From positions 768,001 to 832,000 of the forward strand of contig CBDEUK010000002.1 of assembly GCA_965243205.1 (NCBI GenBank): a stretch of 64,000 bases of DNA. Direction: 5' to 3'. Both the position numbers and the translations under genes were made by a program. The notes below the pieces were generated by a model, which saw only the letters and a program-made list of their open reading frames with translations, was not told the origin of the DNA and made no database searches. Positions 9,787 to 20,316 of this stretch are shown here, in pieces; position 1 is the first letter of the stretch, and every line of letters starts with the position of its first letter. Origin of the DNA: Gammaproteobacteria bacterium (GTDB lineage Bacteria; Pseudomonadota; Gammaproteobacteria; Eutrophobiales; Eutrophobiaceae).

Positions 9787-11097
9787 TTAGAACTGTTCTT
9801 CTTCTGTAGAACCTTCTAATGCACGTACTGAAGACTGTCCACCTTGAATAACAGTAGTAACGTCATCAAAGTAACCTGCGCCAACTTCTTGTTGATGAGA
9901 TACGAAGGTGTAACCACGTTCGCGAGCTGCAAATTCTGGCTCTTGAACCATTTCGGTGTAGTGCTTCATACCTTCGCCACGAGCATAGTTGTATGCGAAG
10001 TCGAAAGTGCGATACCACATAGCATGGATACCCGCTAATGTAATGAATTGGAATTTATAACCAAGTGCTGACAAATCTTCTTGGAAAGAAGCGATTTGTT
10101 TGTCATCAAGGTTTTTCTTCCAGTTGAAAGAAGGTGAACAGTTATACGCTAATAATTGTCCTGGGCATTCTGCTTGAACAGCTTCAGCGAATTCACGTGC
10201 AAAACCAATATCAGGTGTACCTGTTTCACACCAAACTAAATCAGCATATGGAGCATAAGCAACACCACGGCTAATCGCTTGCTCTAAACCATTTTTCACA
10301 CGGTAGAAACCTTCATTAGTACGTTCGCCAGTTAAGAAAGGTTTGTCGTTATCATCAAAATCAGATGTCACTAAGTTAGCTGCTTCTGCATCGGTACGAG
10401 CAAGAACGATAGTAGGAACACCCATAACGTCAGACGCTAAACGAGCTGCGATTAATTTTTGAACCGCTTCTTGAGTAGGCACTAATACTTTACCACCCAT
10501 GTGACCACATTTTTTAACAGCCGCTAATTGATCTTCAAAGTGAGCACCAGCAGCACCGTTTTGAATCATGTTTTTCATTAATTCGTATGCATTTAAAACA
10601 CCACCAAAACCTGCTTCCGCATCCGCAACGATTGGTAAGAAATAATCGATTGCTTCATCTTCTGACATTTTGCCATCAGCAATATTTTTCCATTGGATTT
10701 CATCAGCACGTCTGAAAGTGTTATTAATACGACGAACCATAGTAGGTACTGAATCGTATGCATATAAAGATTGATCAGGATACATTGTCTCTGAAGTGTT
10801 ACCGTCAGCAGCTACCTGCCAACCAGATAAGTAAACAGCTTCTAAGCCTGCTTTCGCTTGTTGCATCGCTTGACCAGCAGTGATTGCACCGAATGCATTC
10901 ACATAACCTTTAGTCGCAGTACCATTCACTTTTTCCCAAAGTTTTTCAGCACCGTTTTTGGCTAGAGTATGTTCAGGTTGAACACTACCGCGAAGACGAA
11001 CCACATCTTCTGCTGAATAACCGCGTTTTACATTTGCCCAACGTGGGTTTTCCGCCCAATCTTTTTCCAGTTGTTTAACTTGATCTTCTCTTTTCAC
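9787..11097 (-). CDS. aceA: Isocitrate lyase
   Basis: Catalytic KKCGHMGGK motif, [17 protein letters not shown]; GTG start at 11097 preceded by GGAGG. Confidence 0.96.
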   Translation of the reverse strand: MKREDQVKQLEKDWAENPRWANVKRGYSAEDVVRLRGSVQPEHTLAKNGAEKLWEKVNGTATKGYVNAFGAITAGQAMQQAKAGLEAVYLSGWQVAADGNTSETMYPDQSLYAYDSVPTMVRRINNTFRRADEIQWKNIADGKMSEDEAIDYFLPIVADAEAGFGGVLNAYELMKNMIQNGAAGAHFEDQLAAVKKCGHMGGKVLVPTQEAVQKLIAARLASDVMGVPTIVLARTDAEAANLVTSDFDDNDKPFLTGERTNEGFYRVKNGLEQAISRGVAYAPYADLVWCETGTPDIGFAREFAEAVQAECPGQLLAYNCSPSFNWKKNLDDKQIASFQEDLSALGYKFQFITLAGIHAMWYRTFDFAYNYARGEGMKHYTEMVQEPEFAARERGYTFVSHQQEVGAGYFDDVTTVIQGGQSSVRALEGSTEEEQF

Positions 11098-11311
11098 AGG
11101 GATGTCCTCCAGAGTTTGCAAGAGTGAGTTGTAATAAATCGTTTACGCCTTTGCTCAATATTTCCAGCCACATCAAAAGACTAGTTCAAATATCGGACAT
11201 GGCGCCCTTAAATTTAGGAGTGTGAAAAATAGTGAGATATCTACTATTTATCAAGCTAATTATGTTAATAATAAGTATTAATTAATTTAATAATAAAGCT
11301 ATAATTCAATT

Positions 11312-12241
11312 ATGGACCGCTTCTACTATAAACAAAATCGTATCAAGCAATTACGAGCTTTTTGCTCCACTGCACAATTGAAAAACATGTCCAAAGCAGC
11401 TGAGCAAATGTTCCTAAGTCAGCCCAGTATTTCTCTTTTAATTCAATCACTTGAGAAAGATATGGGGCATACGTTATTTACTCGTCAAGGACCAAAAATT
11501 CAACTCACTACTGAAGGCGAAACCTTATTTGAATTAGCCCTACCATTGGTTGAAGGACTGGAAACCTTGGGCGAAACCTTTGAAGAAAAGTGTAAAAATT
11601 TGATTACGGGGAAATTAAATATCGCAGCGGTTGAGGCAATTATTTTATATATCTTGCCAGATATTATTGAACGCTATAACGATTCCTTCCCAGATATTCA
11701 GATCAAACTCGATAACTGTTCGGCCGCTGTTGGAGTAGAAAAAGTTCGTAATGGTGAAGTTGATTTTGCGATTGGTTCAACGCTGAGCGTGCCGTCGGAC
11801 GTTGTTTACCTGCCGATTTATACCTTTAACCCTGTATTGATCACGCCAATTGGTCATCCGCTAATCCACAATAAACAAGTTCGAATGCATGATATCAGTA
11901 AATATGGCCTGATCTTATCGCCACAACATATGTCGACCTGGCAAATGGTGGATTTGGTATTTAAACAAAATCATGTGGATTACAAAGTAAACCTGGAAGC
12001 TGGCGGTTGGGAAGTTCTTAAAAAATACGTCGAACATGGGCTTGGTATCTCGATCGTCACCGATATTTGCTTATCTGGTGATGAAAAGCTCGAACGAATA
12101 CCACTCTCTGAATACTTCCCCAAACGAACCTATGGCCTATTCTTACGCAAAGGCAAAGTATTATCGCCTGCTGCCAGAGAATTCATACAATGTGTCGATG
12201 TTCAAGCTTTGGGTAAATTTCAGCAATTGGATGCTAACTGA
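11312..12241 (+). CDS. LysR-family transcriptional regulator, divergent from aceA
   Basis: LysR HTH (SKAAEQMFLSQPSISLLIQSLE) followed by a substrate-binding domain. Confidence 0.92.
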   Translation: MDRFYYKQNRIKQLRAFCSTAQLKNMSKAAEQMFLSQPSISLLIQSLEKDMGHTLFTRQGPKIQLTTEGETLFELALPLVEGLETLGETFEEKCKNLITGKLNIAAVEAIILYILPDIIERYNDSFPDIQIKLDNCSAAVGVEKVRNGEVDFAIGSTLSVPSDVVYLPIYTFNPVLITPIGHPLIHNKQVRMHDISKYGLILSPQHMSTWQMVDLVFKQNHVDYKVNLEAGGWEVLKKYVEHGLGISIVTDICLSGDEKLERIPLSEYFPKRTYGLFLRKGKVLSPAAREFIQCVDVQALGKFQQLDAN

Positions 12242-12243
12242 GC

Positions 12244-12300
12244 CTTGATATTCAGGCCAACCGCCTCCATAGTAGATATCAGATTGGCACAAAGCCTGCG
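12244..12300 (+). promoter_or_regulatory. Candidate sigma32 and sigma54 promoters of clpS-clpA
   Basis: CTTGATA-N14-CTCCAT (12244-12270); TTGGCAC-AAAGCC-TGC with GG-N10-GC spacing (12284-12299). Confidence 0.45.
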
Positions 12301-12376
12301 TTCAAAAAAAGAACTTGAAACAACACCTTACAAGGTATAATTATTAGCATTAGGTAGTAGAAATAAAGGTAGGGTC

Positions 12377-12703
12377 ATGTCTGGAGACAATGACAATCAA
12401 CATGATTATGAAGACGGTTTAGTCGTACAAGAAGACGAACCGAAACTTAAACAGCCTCCGCTGTATCGAGTCATTCTTTTGAATGATGATTACACTCCGA
12501 TGGATTTTGTTGTGTACATTTTGGAAACCTTTTTTTCCATGGACAGACAAAACGCAACACACGTAATGCTTGAAGTACATACCAAAGGTAAGGGCATCTG
12601 TGGCATGTTTCCATATGATGTTGCGGAAGCCAAAGTGTCTCAAGTCAATAGTTTCTCTCGCGAGAACCAACACCCATTGCTTTGTACAATGGAAAAAGAT
12701 TAG
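12377..12703 (+). CDS. clpS: ATP-dependent Clp protease adaptor ClpS
   Basis: [20 protein letters not shown] and HPLLCTME motifs. Confidence 0.96.
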   Translation: MSGDNDNQHDYEDGLVVQEDEPKLKQPPLYRVILLNDDYTPMDFVVYILETFFSMDRQNATHVMLEVHTKGKGICGMFPYDVAEAKVSQVNSFSRENQHPLLCTMEKD

Positions 12704-12718
12704 AGGTAATTCATCACA

Positions 12719-15004
12719 ATGTTAGATAGAGAACTTGAACAAACTTTAAATGAAGCGTTTGCCCGAGCCAGAGATCAACGTCATGAATTCATTACCGTTG
12801 AACATTTATTATTCGCGTTATTAGAAAATTCATCTGCAGTTCAAGTTTTAAAATCCTGTGGTGCGGATATCAATATTTTACATACCGACTTAGAACAATT
12901 TATTGATTCAAACTCACCTAAGCTAGCTGACGATGATGATCGCGATACACAACCTACACTTGGTTTTCAACGAGTTTTACAACGCGCGGTTTTTCACGTG
13001 CAATCATCTGGTAAGAAAGAAGTCACTGGCGCAAATGTTTTGGTTGCTATCTTTGGCGAACGTGAGTCACATGCCGCTTTCTTTTTAAATCAACAAAACA
13101 TTGCGCGCTTAGATGTTGTGAATTTTATTTCACATGGTATTAGTAAAATCTTAGATGAAGATACCGCTGAACATGAAATTCAAACGGGTGAAACAACTGC
13201 TGCTGAAGCAGAAGAACAATCGACTAACCCTCTAGATAATTTCACTGTTAACTTAAATCAATTAGCAAAGAATGGAAAAATCGATCCACTTATTGGTCGA
13301 GAAACTGAATTAAAACGTACCATACAAATTTTATGTCGCCGTCGTAAAAATAATCCTTTGTATGTTGGTGAAGCTGGTGTTGGTAAAACCGCTATCGCAG
13401 AAGGCTTAGCCAAACAAATCGTTGATGGAGATGTACCTGAAGTTTTAAAAGATGCGACCATTTATTCATTAGACATGGGTGCTTTGTTAGCCGGCACTAA
13501 ATACCGTGGTGATTTTGAAAAACGTTTGAAAGCAATTATTAATCAATTACAAAAAACACCAGATGCAGTTTTATTCATCGACGAAATTCATACCATCATT
13601 GGTGCTGGTGCGGCTTCTGGTGGAGTAATGGATGCATCGAATTTAATTAAACCTGTTTTAGCTTCTGGCGATTTAAAGTGCATCGGCTCAACAACCTATC
13701 AAGAATTCCGTGGCATCTTTGAAAAAGATCGTGCCTTAGCCCGACGCTTTCAAAAGATCGATGTAAATGAACCCAGCATTGATGAAACAACCGCAATCTT
13801 ACAAGGCCTTAAATCACGCTTTGAAGAACATCATGATATTAAATATACGAATGAAGCTTTACGCGCTGCGGTTGAATTAACCGAACGTTATATTTCCGAT
13901 CGACATCTTCCTGATAAAGCCATCGACTTAATTGATGAAGCTGGTGCATCACAACGTCTATTGCCAGAAGACTTACGTAAAAAAGTGATTGATGTTGAAG
14001 ATATTGAGAACATTCTTGCTGTTATTGCACGCATACCACCAAAAACGGTTTCTACTTCAGATAAAGATGTCATGAAGAATTTAGAACGCAATTTAAAAAT
14101 GGTGGTATTCGGTCAAGACCAAGCTATTGAATCCATGGCAACGGCGATTAAGATGTCACGTTCTGGTTTAGGCGAACCTGAAAAACCAATTGCATCATTC
14201 TTATTTGCTGGCCCTACTGGTGTCGGTAAAACCGAAGTCTCTAGACAACTGGCTAAGATCATGGGCATCGAGTTGATTCGTTTTGACATGTCTGAATACA
14301 TGGAACGCCACACCGTTTCACGATTAATCGGTGCACCTCCTGGTTATGTCGGTTTTGATCAAGGTGGTTTATTAACCGACGCGATTAATAAAAATCCTCA
14401 CGCAGTTTTATTACTCGATGAAATTGAAAAAGCACACCCTGATGTTTTCAACTTGTTATTGCAAGTAATGGATCATGGTACGTTAACCGATTCCAATGGT
14501 CGCAAATCTGATTTCCGTAACGTTGTGATCATCATGACAACAAATGCGGGGGCGGATCAAATCAGTCGTGCATCAATTGGTTTTGCGCAACAAGATCACT
14601 CTGGTGATTCATCTGAAGTCATTAAACGAACCTTCAGCCCTGAATTCCGCAATCGTTTAGATGCCATTGTTAACTTTGGTCCGTTAGATGAACGCACTAT
14701 TACTTCCATTGTTGATAAATTCATTATCGAACTTGAAACTCAGTTACATGATAAAAATGTTGATATTGAAGTCGATGATGCCGCACGTAAATGGTTAGCT
14801 ATTCATGGCTATGATAAAATCATGGGTGCAAGACCAATGAGCAGGTTGATTCAAGATAAAATCAAACGTCCATTAGCTGAAGAACTATTATTTGGTAATT
14901 TAGAAAACGGCGGACATGTTTACGTTACTGTTGTGAATGATGAACTGAGCTTAGATGTTCTCGCTAAAACCGATAACGAATCAGAAGAAACTGTTAAACA
15001 ATAA
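12719..15004 (+). CDS. clpA: ATP-dependent Clp protease ATP-binding subunit ClpA
   Basis: Two AAA+ modules ([16 protein letters not shown]), IGF loop, directly downstream of clpS. Confidence 0.97.
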   Translation: MLDRELEQTLNEAFARARDQRHEFITVEHLLFALLENSSAVQVLKSCGADINILHTDLEQFIDSNSPKLADDDDRDTQPTLGFQRVLQRAVFHVQSSGKKEVTGANVLVAIFGERESHAAFFLNQQNIARLDVVNFISHGISKILDEDTAEHEIQTGETTAAEAEEQSTNPLDNFTVNLNQLAKNGKIDPLIGRETELKRTIQILCRRRKNNPLYVGEAGVGKTAIAEGLAKQIVDGDVPEVLKDATIYSLDMGALLAGTKYRGDFEKRLKAIINQLQKTPDAVLFIDEIHTIIGAGAASGGVMDASNLIKPVLASGDLKCIGSTTYQEFRGIFEKDRALARRFQKIDVNEPSIDETTAILQGLKSRFEEHHDIKYTNEALRAAVELTERYISDRHLPDKAIDLIDEAGASQRLLPEDLRKKVIDVEDIENILAVIARIPPKTVSTSDKDVMKNLERNLKMVVFGQDQAIESMATAIKMSRSGLGEPEKPIASFLFAGPTGVGKTEVSRQLAKIMGIELIRFDMSEYMERHTVSRLIGAPPGYVGFDQGGLLTDAINKNPHAVLLLDEIEKAHPDVFNLLLQVMDHGTLTDSNGRKSDFRNVVIIMTTNAGADQISRASIGFAQQDHSGDSSEVIKRTFSPEFRNRLDAIVNFGPLDERTITSIVDKFIIELETQLHDKNVDIEVDDAARKWLAIHGYDKIMGARPMSRLIQDKIKRPLAEELLFGNLENGGHVYVTVVNDELSLDVLAKTDNESEETVKQ

Positions 15005-15024
15005 TAAGCCTGAATATTAAACAT

Positions 15025-15056
15025 AAAAAAAGCGGCGTTATTTACGCCGCTTTTTT
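15025..15056. terminator. Bidirectional Rho-independent terminator
   Basis: A7-GCGGCGT-TATTT-ACGCCGC-T6. Confidence 0.85.
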
Positions 15057-15091
15057 GTTAATAACTTAACTAAGTTAAGCTGAATACTTAA

Positions 15092-15847
15092 TTAGCTTTG
15101 CTTACGCGCTCTTGGTAATAATAAACCAATTGCAGAAGCAAATAACCAAACACCAGCAGGAATAGGCACTACTTGCGCGTTGAACGCTTCAACCCCTTCT
15201 TCGAAAGCTAATTCACCTAAACCATTGTTGAAGAATAATCCAAAAGTAATTGAATCAGTAATACCAGCTTGATCAGTGGTGAGAGACATTAGAATTCCAT
15301 ACGCACCTAAAACGCCATTAAATAACTCAAAGTCTAAGTGATTATGAATCAGACCTAAGCCATCAGCCTGTCCAAGAATATTTTCTAAACCGCCAGAAAA
15401 GCTAGCAAGATCAGTAGTCGTACTACCATCAATGACTGATACATCAGCAGGTCCTTGAACATCAGAAATAGAAATACTCGCTGAACCTACTGATTCAAAA
15501 GAATCTCCGTCCCAATATTGCAATGGTCCTAACACATTAAAACCGACGAATGTTCCAGGTGTAGCTGCACCAAATCCATTTTCTGCAAAAAATTCATCGC
15601 TATTAAAGCCAGGATCATCTGTTTCTGTAAATGGAGCTGCTTCAAGAAAATCCGCTTCAAATACAAAACCCTCAGCCGAAGGCTCAATTTCAATAGTGCC
15701 GCCAACAAACCCAAACTCTACATCACTGTGAACTTCAGTCGCATACACATTTGTAACACTCAAAAATCCAGAAATACTGATCGCAATCACTGATGACCAT
15801 TTTCTTGAATTTTCCCCTTTGAAATTCAATAAACTGTTTAAAAACAT
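15092..15847 (-). CDS. Secreted His-motif protein with VPLPA/PEP-CTERM-type tail; putative surface metal-binding protein
   Basis: Signal peptide; HSD, DDPGF, LQYWD, HNHLDF and GAY motifs; ends VPIPAGVWLFASAIGLLLPRARKQS. Confidence 0.75.
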   Translation of the reverse strand: MFLNSLLNFKGENSRKWSSVIAISISGFLSVTNVYATEVHSDVEFGFVGGTIEIEPSAEGFVFEADFLEAAPFTETDDPGFNSDEFFAENGFGAATPGTFVGFNVLGPLQYWDGDSFESVGSASISISDVQGPADVSVIDGSTTTDLASFSGGLENILGQADGLGLIHNHLDFELFNGVLGAYGILMSLTTDQAGITDSITFGLFFNNGLGELAFEEGVEAFNAQVVPIPAGVWLFASAIGLLLPRARKQS

Positions 15848-15943
15848 AATAACTAAAACCTCCCAATAACAATAATTTACATGCTTTTATTAAGATATCT
15901 TCATAGATTTTTTTGAGAAAACTACCCTGAAAATATATAATTT

Positions 15944-15983
15944 ATAACGTTATATCATAACAAATGTTATGTTATAACATTTC
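15944..15983. promoter_or_regulatory. Two overlapping Zur-like boxes in a divergent promoter
   Basis: CAAATGTTATGTTATAACATTTC (15961-15983) and ATAACGTTATATCATAACAAATG (15944-15966) versus gammaproteobacterial Zur consensus GAAATGTTATAWTATAACATTTC. Confidence 0.82.
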
Positions 15984-16037
15984 TAAGTTATATTAAATAC
16001 AATAAGCCCAATATTTTTTAAAAATCACATTTTTTAT

Positions 16038-18530
16038 TTGTTTCGTATGTCTATGGAAAACATAGTAAAAGCTGCTTCTGTTAATGGCGTTAGGTTGTTA
16101 TTGTGCTTTTGCACATTTAACAGCTTATATGCTCAAGATATGCGCGTTCCTAGAAAGCAACTGCCTGCGAAACCATCCATTGAAAATCAATCACTTAATC
16201 TAATTTCAATTCAATCCATGAATATCGAGACCGAATTACTCGCTGATTTTCTAAAAAGAGGTAATTTAGTAGCAGATGCTGGAGACGTTCAAAATAATTT
16301 AGTAGTGGATGACATTATTTTTTCAGATGAATATGACGATTCCGAAATCGATCCATCTTTGTATGAAGAAGAAAATCTCAAACAAGAACCTGTTGAAACG
16401 GTTCAACAAAATAATATAGAAACTGTAGAGACAGAGCCTGTAGAAACTGAAAACATCCTGGAAGTTGATGATGTTCTAGTAACAGGTGAAAAGGAAGGGT
16501 CTCCAGTCGAACCTATATCCACTTTAGAAGGCGATGAATTAACAAAAGAGCTTGGTTCCACATTGGGCGAAACCTTGCAAAACCAGGCAGGTGTACATAA
16601 TGCGACGTTTGGTCCTGGCGTTGGAATGCCTGTTATCAGAGGCATGACAGGTTCTAGAATTCAAATCCTGCAAGGATCAATGGGAAATTACGATGCATCC
16701 TCTGTCAGTCCTGATCATGCTGTCACTATAGAACCATTGCTTGCTAAAGAAATTAAAATTCTTCGAGGCCCAGATACTTTACGTTACAGTGGTAATGCAA
16801 TGGGCGGTGCCATTGATGTGAAAACCGCACGCATTCCAGATTGGTTTCCAGAAAATGGAATTGAAGCTGCGTATGAAACTCGCTATGACACAAATTCAGA
16901 ATTATTTGCAAACGTTTTTAAAATCGATGCTGGTAAAGGACCACTGGTTGTACACCTTGATGGTTACGAACGCAGTTCAAATAATATTGAAATCCCAGGC
17001 AATGCACTCAAAGAAGATGCTGTACTCGAGCAATTTGGCAACCTTGTTGAATTTGATAATACTAATGGAGAAGTACTTAACTCAGACACCGAAAGTACAG
17101 GCTATTCAATTGGCTCATCATTAGTTTTTGAAAAAGGCTTTATTGGAGCAGCGGTTAATATAATCGATAACAATTATGGAATACCGCCCGGTGGTATCCC
17201 ACCTCATAACGATGATCCAACAATAACTGAAGTAACACCCGAGAATCTACGCATTGATATGGAACAAACTCGTTGGGACGTTCATGCTGAAATTTATGAT
17301 GTGATACTAGGCATAGATAGTATCTCTTTTAAAGTAGCCAATATCGATTATGCACATGATGAAGTAGCCAGAGGTGTTCCAGTAACTTCTTTTAATAGTA
17401 AAGCCACTGAAGTACGTATGGAAATGGAATATTCATATAATGAGAATTGGAAAGGTAATGTCGGTTATCAATGGTCCGAACAAGATTGGACAGATCCTGA
17501 TTTTGGCGCAACAGGGACAGAATCCTTTCTTATACCTTCAGATATTATAAAGAACAGTTTCTTTTTTATTCAATCTGCTGATTTTGAAAAATTAAATATC
17601 AAAGCTGGATTTCGTCGTGAATCACAATTGATTCGATCGGATATAGAAAGCGCCGTCGTATTTAATAGTCCACCTGCCATTCCTATCCCACAAAAATATC
17701 ATCATAAATCTAATTCTGGTTCTATTGCGGCTCAATATAATTTTACCGAACAATTAAGTTTCAGAATGTCATTAACGAAATCTGAGCGGACACCCGCTGT
17801 TCAGGAACTGTTATCTCTGGGTCCGCATTTTGCGACTCGAACCTATGAAATATTTAACCTATTTTTAGTTAATGAAACTTCATCTAATATTGATCTCGGA
17901 CTAGCTTTCCAGAATAAACATCTAGATTTTGCTATTAATCTTTTTCATAACGATATAGAAAATTATATTTACTTAGAAAGGTTAAGCGGCGGTTTAGCTT
18001 TTTATGATATTGAGGCAAGACGACCTCAAGGAAACTGTGTTCAATTATCAGGTTGTTTACTCACGTATGGATATCAACAACAAGATGCCAATTTTTTTGG
18101 TTATGAAACAGAACTTAAGCTACGTGCTCCAAAACTTTACAACATTGAAACAGAATTTGGAATTTTTTCAGATTATGTGCGTGGTTTTTTCGATAAAGAT
18201 AATGCAGCAGGTGATGTACCACGTTTACCGCCAAGACGAGCAGGCTTATTTATGAATAACTCATGGCGCTCTTTTGATTTCAACATCCGTTGGACACATG
18301 GGTTTGCACAGCATCGTGCTGGATTAGAAGAAACAAAAACTGATAGTTATGAACGACTCGATCTTGGACTGAGTTTTAATAAGTTATTAAACCTCGGTAA
18401 TGAGATTATGTTTTTTCTTAAAGCGAAAAATTTAACCGATGCTGAAATCAGACATTCAACATCTTTTCTAAGAAATTTCACTCCTGAACCAGGCCGCTCA
18501 TTAGAACTCGGCTTGCGTTGGAGTTTTTAG
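16038..18530 (+). CDS. ZnuD-like TonB-dependent outer-membrane receptor
   Basis: Plug motifs FGPGVGMPVIRG, DASSVSPDHAV and ILRGPDTLRY; EL...GPH.AT motif; C-terminal PGRSLELGLRWSF. Exact start uncertain (16038, 16047 or 16053). Confidence 0.88.
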   Translation: MFRMSMENIVKAASVNGVRLLLCFCTFNSLYAQDMRVPRKQLPAKPSIENQSLNLISIQSMNIETELLADFLKRGNLVADAGDVQNNLVVDDIIFSDEYDDSEIDPSLYEEENLKQEPVETVQQNNIETVETEPVETENILEVDDVLVTGEKEGSPVEPISTLEGDELTKELGSTLGETLQNQAGVHNATFGPGVGMPVIRGMTGSRIQILQGSMGNYDASSVSPDHAVTIEPLLAKEIKILRGPDTLRYSGNAMGGAIDVKTARIPDWFPENGIEAAYETRYDTNSELFANVFKIDAGKGPLVVHLDGYERSSNNIEIPGNALKEDAVLEQFGNLVEFDNTNGEVLNSDTESTGYSIGSSLVFEKGFIGAAVNIIDNNYGIPPGGIPPHNDDPTITEVTPENLRIDMEQTRWDVHAEIYDVILGIDSISFKVANIDYAHDEVARGVPVTSFNSKATEVRMEMEYSYNENWKGNVGYQWSEQDWTDPDFGATGTESFLIPSDIIKNSFFFIQSADFEKLNIKAGFRRESQLIRSDIESAVVFNSPPAIPIPQKYHHKSNSGSIAAQYNFTEQLSFRMSLTKSERTPAVQELLSLGPHFATRTYEIFNLFLVNETSSNIDLGLAFQNKHLDFAINLFHNDIENYIYLERLSGGLAFYDIEARRPQGNCVQLSGCLLTYGYQQQDANFFGYETELKLRAPKLYNIETEFGIFSDYVRGFFDKDNAAGDVPRLPPRRAGLFMNNSWRSFDFNIRWTHGFAQHRAGLEETKTDSYERLDLGLSFNKLLNLGNEIMFFLKAKNLTDAEIRHSTSFLRNFTPEPGRSLELGLRWSF

Positions 18531-18573
18531 CAATTTTTTTATATTGATATTTATATTTGTAGGGGAAATACCA

Positions 18574-19425
18574 ATGTTACGTTTAATGGTTTTTTTATCT
18601 GGCTGCTTGTTCTCAATGACTACAATGGCCGTGCATCTGGATGTCGCAGTATCAAACGATGGCGGAAAAATAAAAACGGATTTTTGTCTAGCAGGTGGAC
18701 CTGCATGTGATCAGCTTCCAGTTCTAGACTTTCTAGGTATTCCACCCTTAACTGCACCTGTCGACTTAGAAACAGGCAAAAATATTTTTATATCAGATTT
18801 TGATGATTTTGAAGGTGGTCCAAATGGTGTTGATGATCCCGGTTTTATTTCTGGTGCTAACCAACTGCCTGCTACTACTAAACTCAGTTATACAGCCGTA
18901 GGTCAATTACAATATTGGGATCCTGCAACGGGTGAATGGGGTAATACAGTTCCAGGAACAACTCGCATAGAATTATTTGGTGGCACTGAAAGTTTGATCA
19001 TAACTGACCCTGTTATTTGCGGCGGTCTTCCATTTTGTATTATTGAACAAGCAACCAGCACTTTATTTTCTGAATCTGGTATCAGTGGTGCACCTGTATT
19101 AGCAGTTGGAGATACTGATGCAACAGGCCAACTTCATGTACACCTCGATTGGTTTATTGAAGATAGTAACGATAATCCTGGCGGTCCAAATGGTGCCTAT
19201 ATGGTTGAGATGCATATGACGGCTCCTGGACTTACTGACAGCGATCCATTTTTTGTAATGTTTGCTAAAGGATTAACTACAGAACAATTTGGTGAAGCAC
19301 TTGCCGATAGAATCGTAGCTCCAGAAACACAAGTTCCAATGCCTACCGTTTATATTTTTATTCTGATGCTTTTATTACCAATGATTGCTACAAAATATTT
19401 AAAACTAGGTAATGCTAAATATTAG
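18574..19425 (+). CDS. Secreted His-motif protein with VPxP-CTERM-type tail; paralogue of 15092-15847
   Basis: Signal peptide; HLD, DDPGF, LQYWD, HVHLDW and GAY motifs; ends VPMP + hydrophobic helix + basic residues; ATG 18574 follows AGGGGA. Confidence 0.72.
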   Translation: MLRLMVFLSGCLFSMTTMAVHLDVAVSNDGGKIKTDFCLAGGPACDQLPVLDFLGIPPLTAPVDLETGKNIFISDFDDFEGGPNGVDDPGFISGANQLPATTKLSYTAVGQLQYWDPATGEWGNTVPGTTRIELFGGTESLIITDPVICGGLPFCIIEQATSTLFSESGISGAPVLAVGDTDATGQLHVHLDWFIEDSNDNPGGPNGAYMVEMHMTAPGLTDSDPFFVMFAKGLTTEQFGEALADRIVAPETQVPMPTVYIFILMLLLPMIATKYLKLGNAKY

Positions 19426-19449
19426 ATTTATTAATTCTGAGTAACACCG

Positions 19450-19491
19450 TTGATAACTTTAGGTCGGGTTTTGCCCGACCATATTTATCAA
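19450..19491. repeat. REP-like palindrome or bidirectional terminator
   Basis: TAGGTCGGG-TTTTG-CCCGACC nested inside TTGATAA...TTATCAA, between convergent genes. Confidence 0.45.
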
Positions 19492-19527
19492 TTTAAACAA
19501 GCTTGCCATACACACCAATAAGTTTTA

Positions 19528-20316
19528 TTACGCTGCTTGTTCTTCTGACTTTTCTTCAGATGAATCGGAAGCTTCTTCATCACCCAAGATTTCATTCATA
19601 AGTTCATCTGCAATATCATCTGACTCTGCTTCTTCATTAGTAGAAGCATCATCTTCTGATATATCCACAACGTCGCCTTCTTCTTCAACTTCGCTTTCAT
19701 CAACGTTACTAACTTCAGCAGATTCTGCCTCTTCTGATGTTTCAGACTCTGCTGAATTATCAGATGAGTCACTTTCATCTGCATTTGTCATCATGTTGGT
19801 ATATTCACTCATAAGAACATCCATTTCTTCAGATGTCGATTTCAATTTAGTCTCTAAATTTTCTTTTTCTTCTGATAATGACTCGTTTTCTTTTTCTAAT
19901 CTTTCTTGAGCTTCTGTATCAACTAAACCTTCACCACTTTCTCTACCGAGCACCATTGCAGAATTAATTAAACCTGAGACCGAATCTCCTAGTGGGGTAA
20001 TATCATCAAGGCTTTGTGTACGTATCGCTTTAATCATGTCTTTAAAGAGTTGATTTTGCCCTTCGACTAAACCTTGTAAACCTTTTTTTATCGCTTCTGG
20101 ATCAGTTAATCCAGGTTGCAATATTATCTCAGCCATTTTCTTTTTGTTATCTTCGCCTTTTTCTTTTATGTCTTTAATTAAGGCATTAAGCGCTTTTACA
20201 GCTTTATTGTTCTTTCTTTTCAGAGCAAATAACAAACAAACATTCACAAACAGAAGAAAACCAATAATTTCTAAAGAAAGAATTAATAATGCAGGATTAT
20301 TCATATATTCAATCAT
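19528..20316 (-). CDS. Hypothetical membrane-anchored coiled-coil protein with a very acidic tail
   Basis: N-terminal TM helix, heptad region, D/E/S-rich C-terminus; ATGA overlap with the upstream vWA gene. Confidence 0.75.
   Translation of the reverse strand: MIEYMNNPALLILSLEIIGFLLFVNVCLLFALKRKNNKAVKALNALIKDIKEKGEDNKKKMAEIILQPGLTDPEAIKKGLQGLVEGQNQLFKDMIKAIRTQSLDDITPLGDSVSGLINSAMVLGRESGEGLVDTEAQERLEKENESLSEEKENLETKLKSTSEEMDVLMSEYTNMMTNADESDSSDNSAESETSEEAESAEVSNVDESEVEEEGDVVDISEDDASTNEEAESDDIADELMNEILGDEEASDSSEEKSEEQAA

Noticed and set aside
15944-15983. Fur box
   Set aside because: It lacks the GATAAT hexamer array. It matches the TGTTAT-N3-ATAACA Zur core and lies next to a ZnuD-like receptor.
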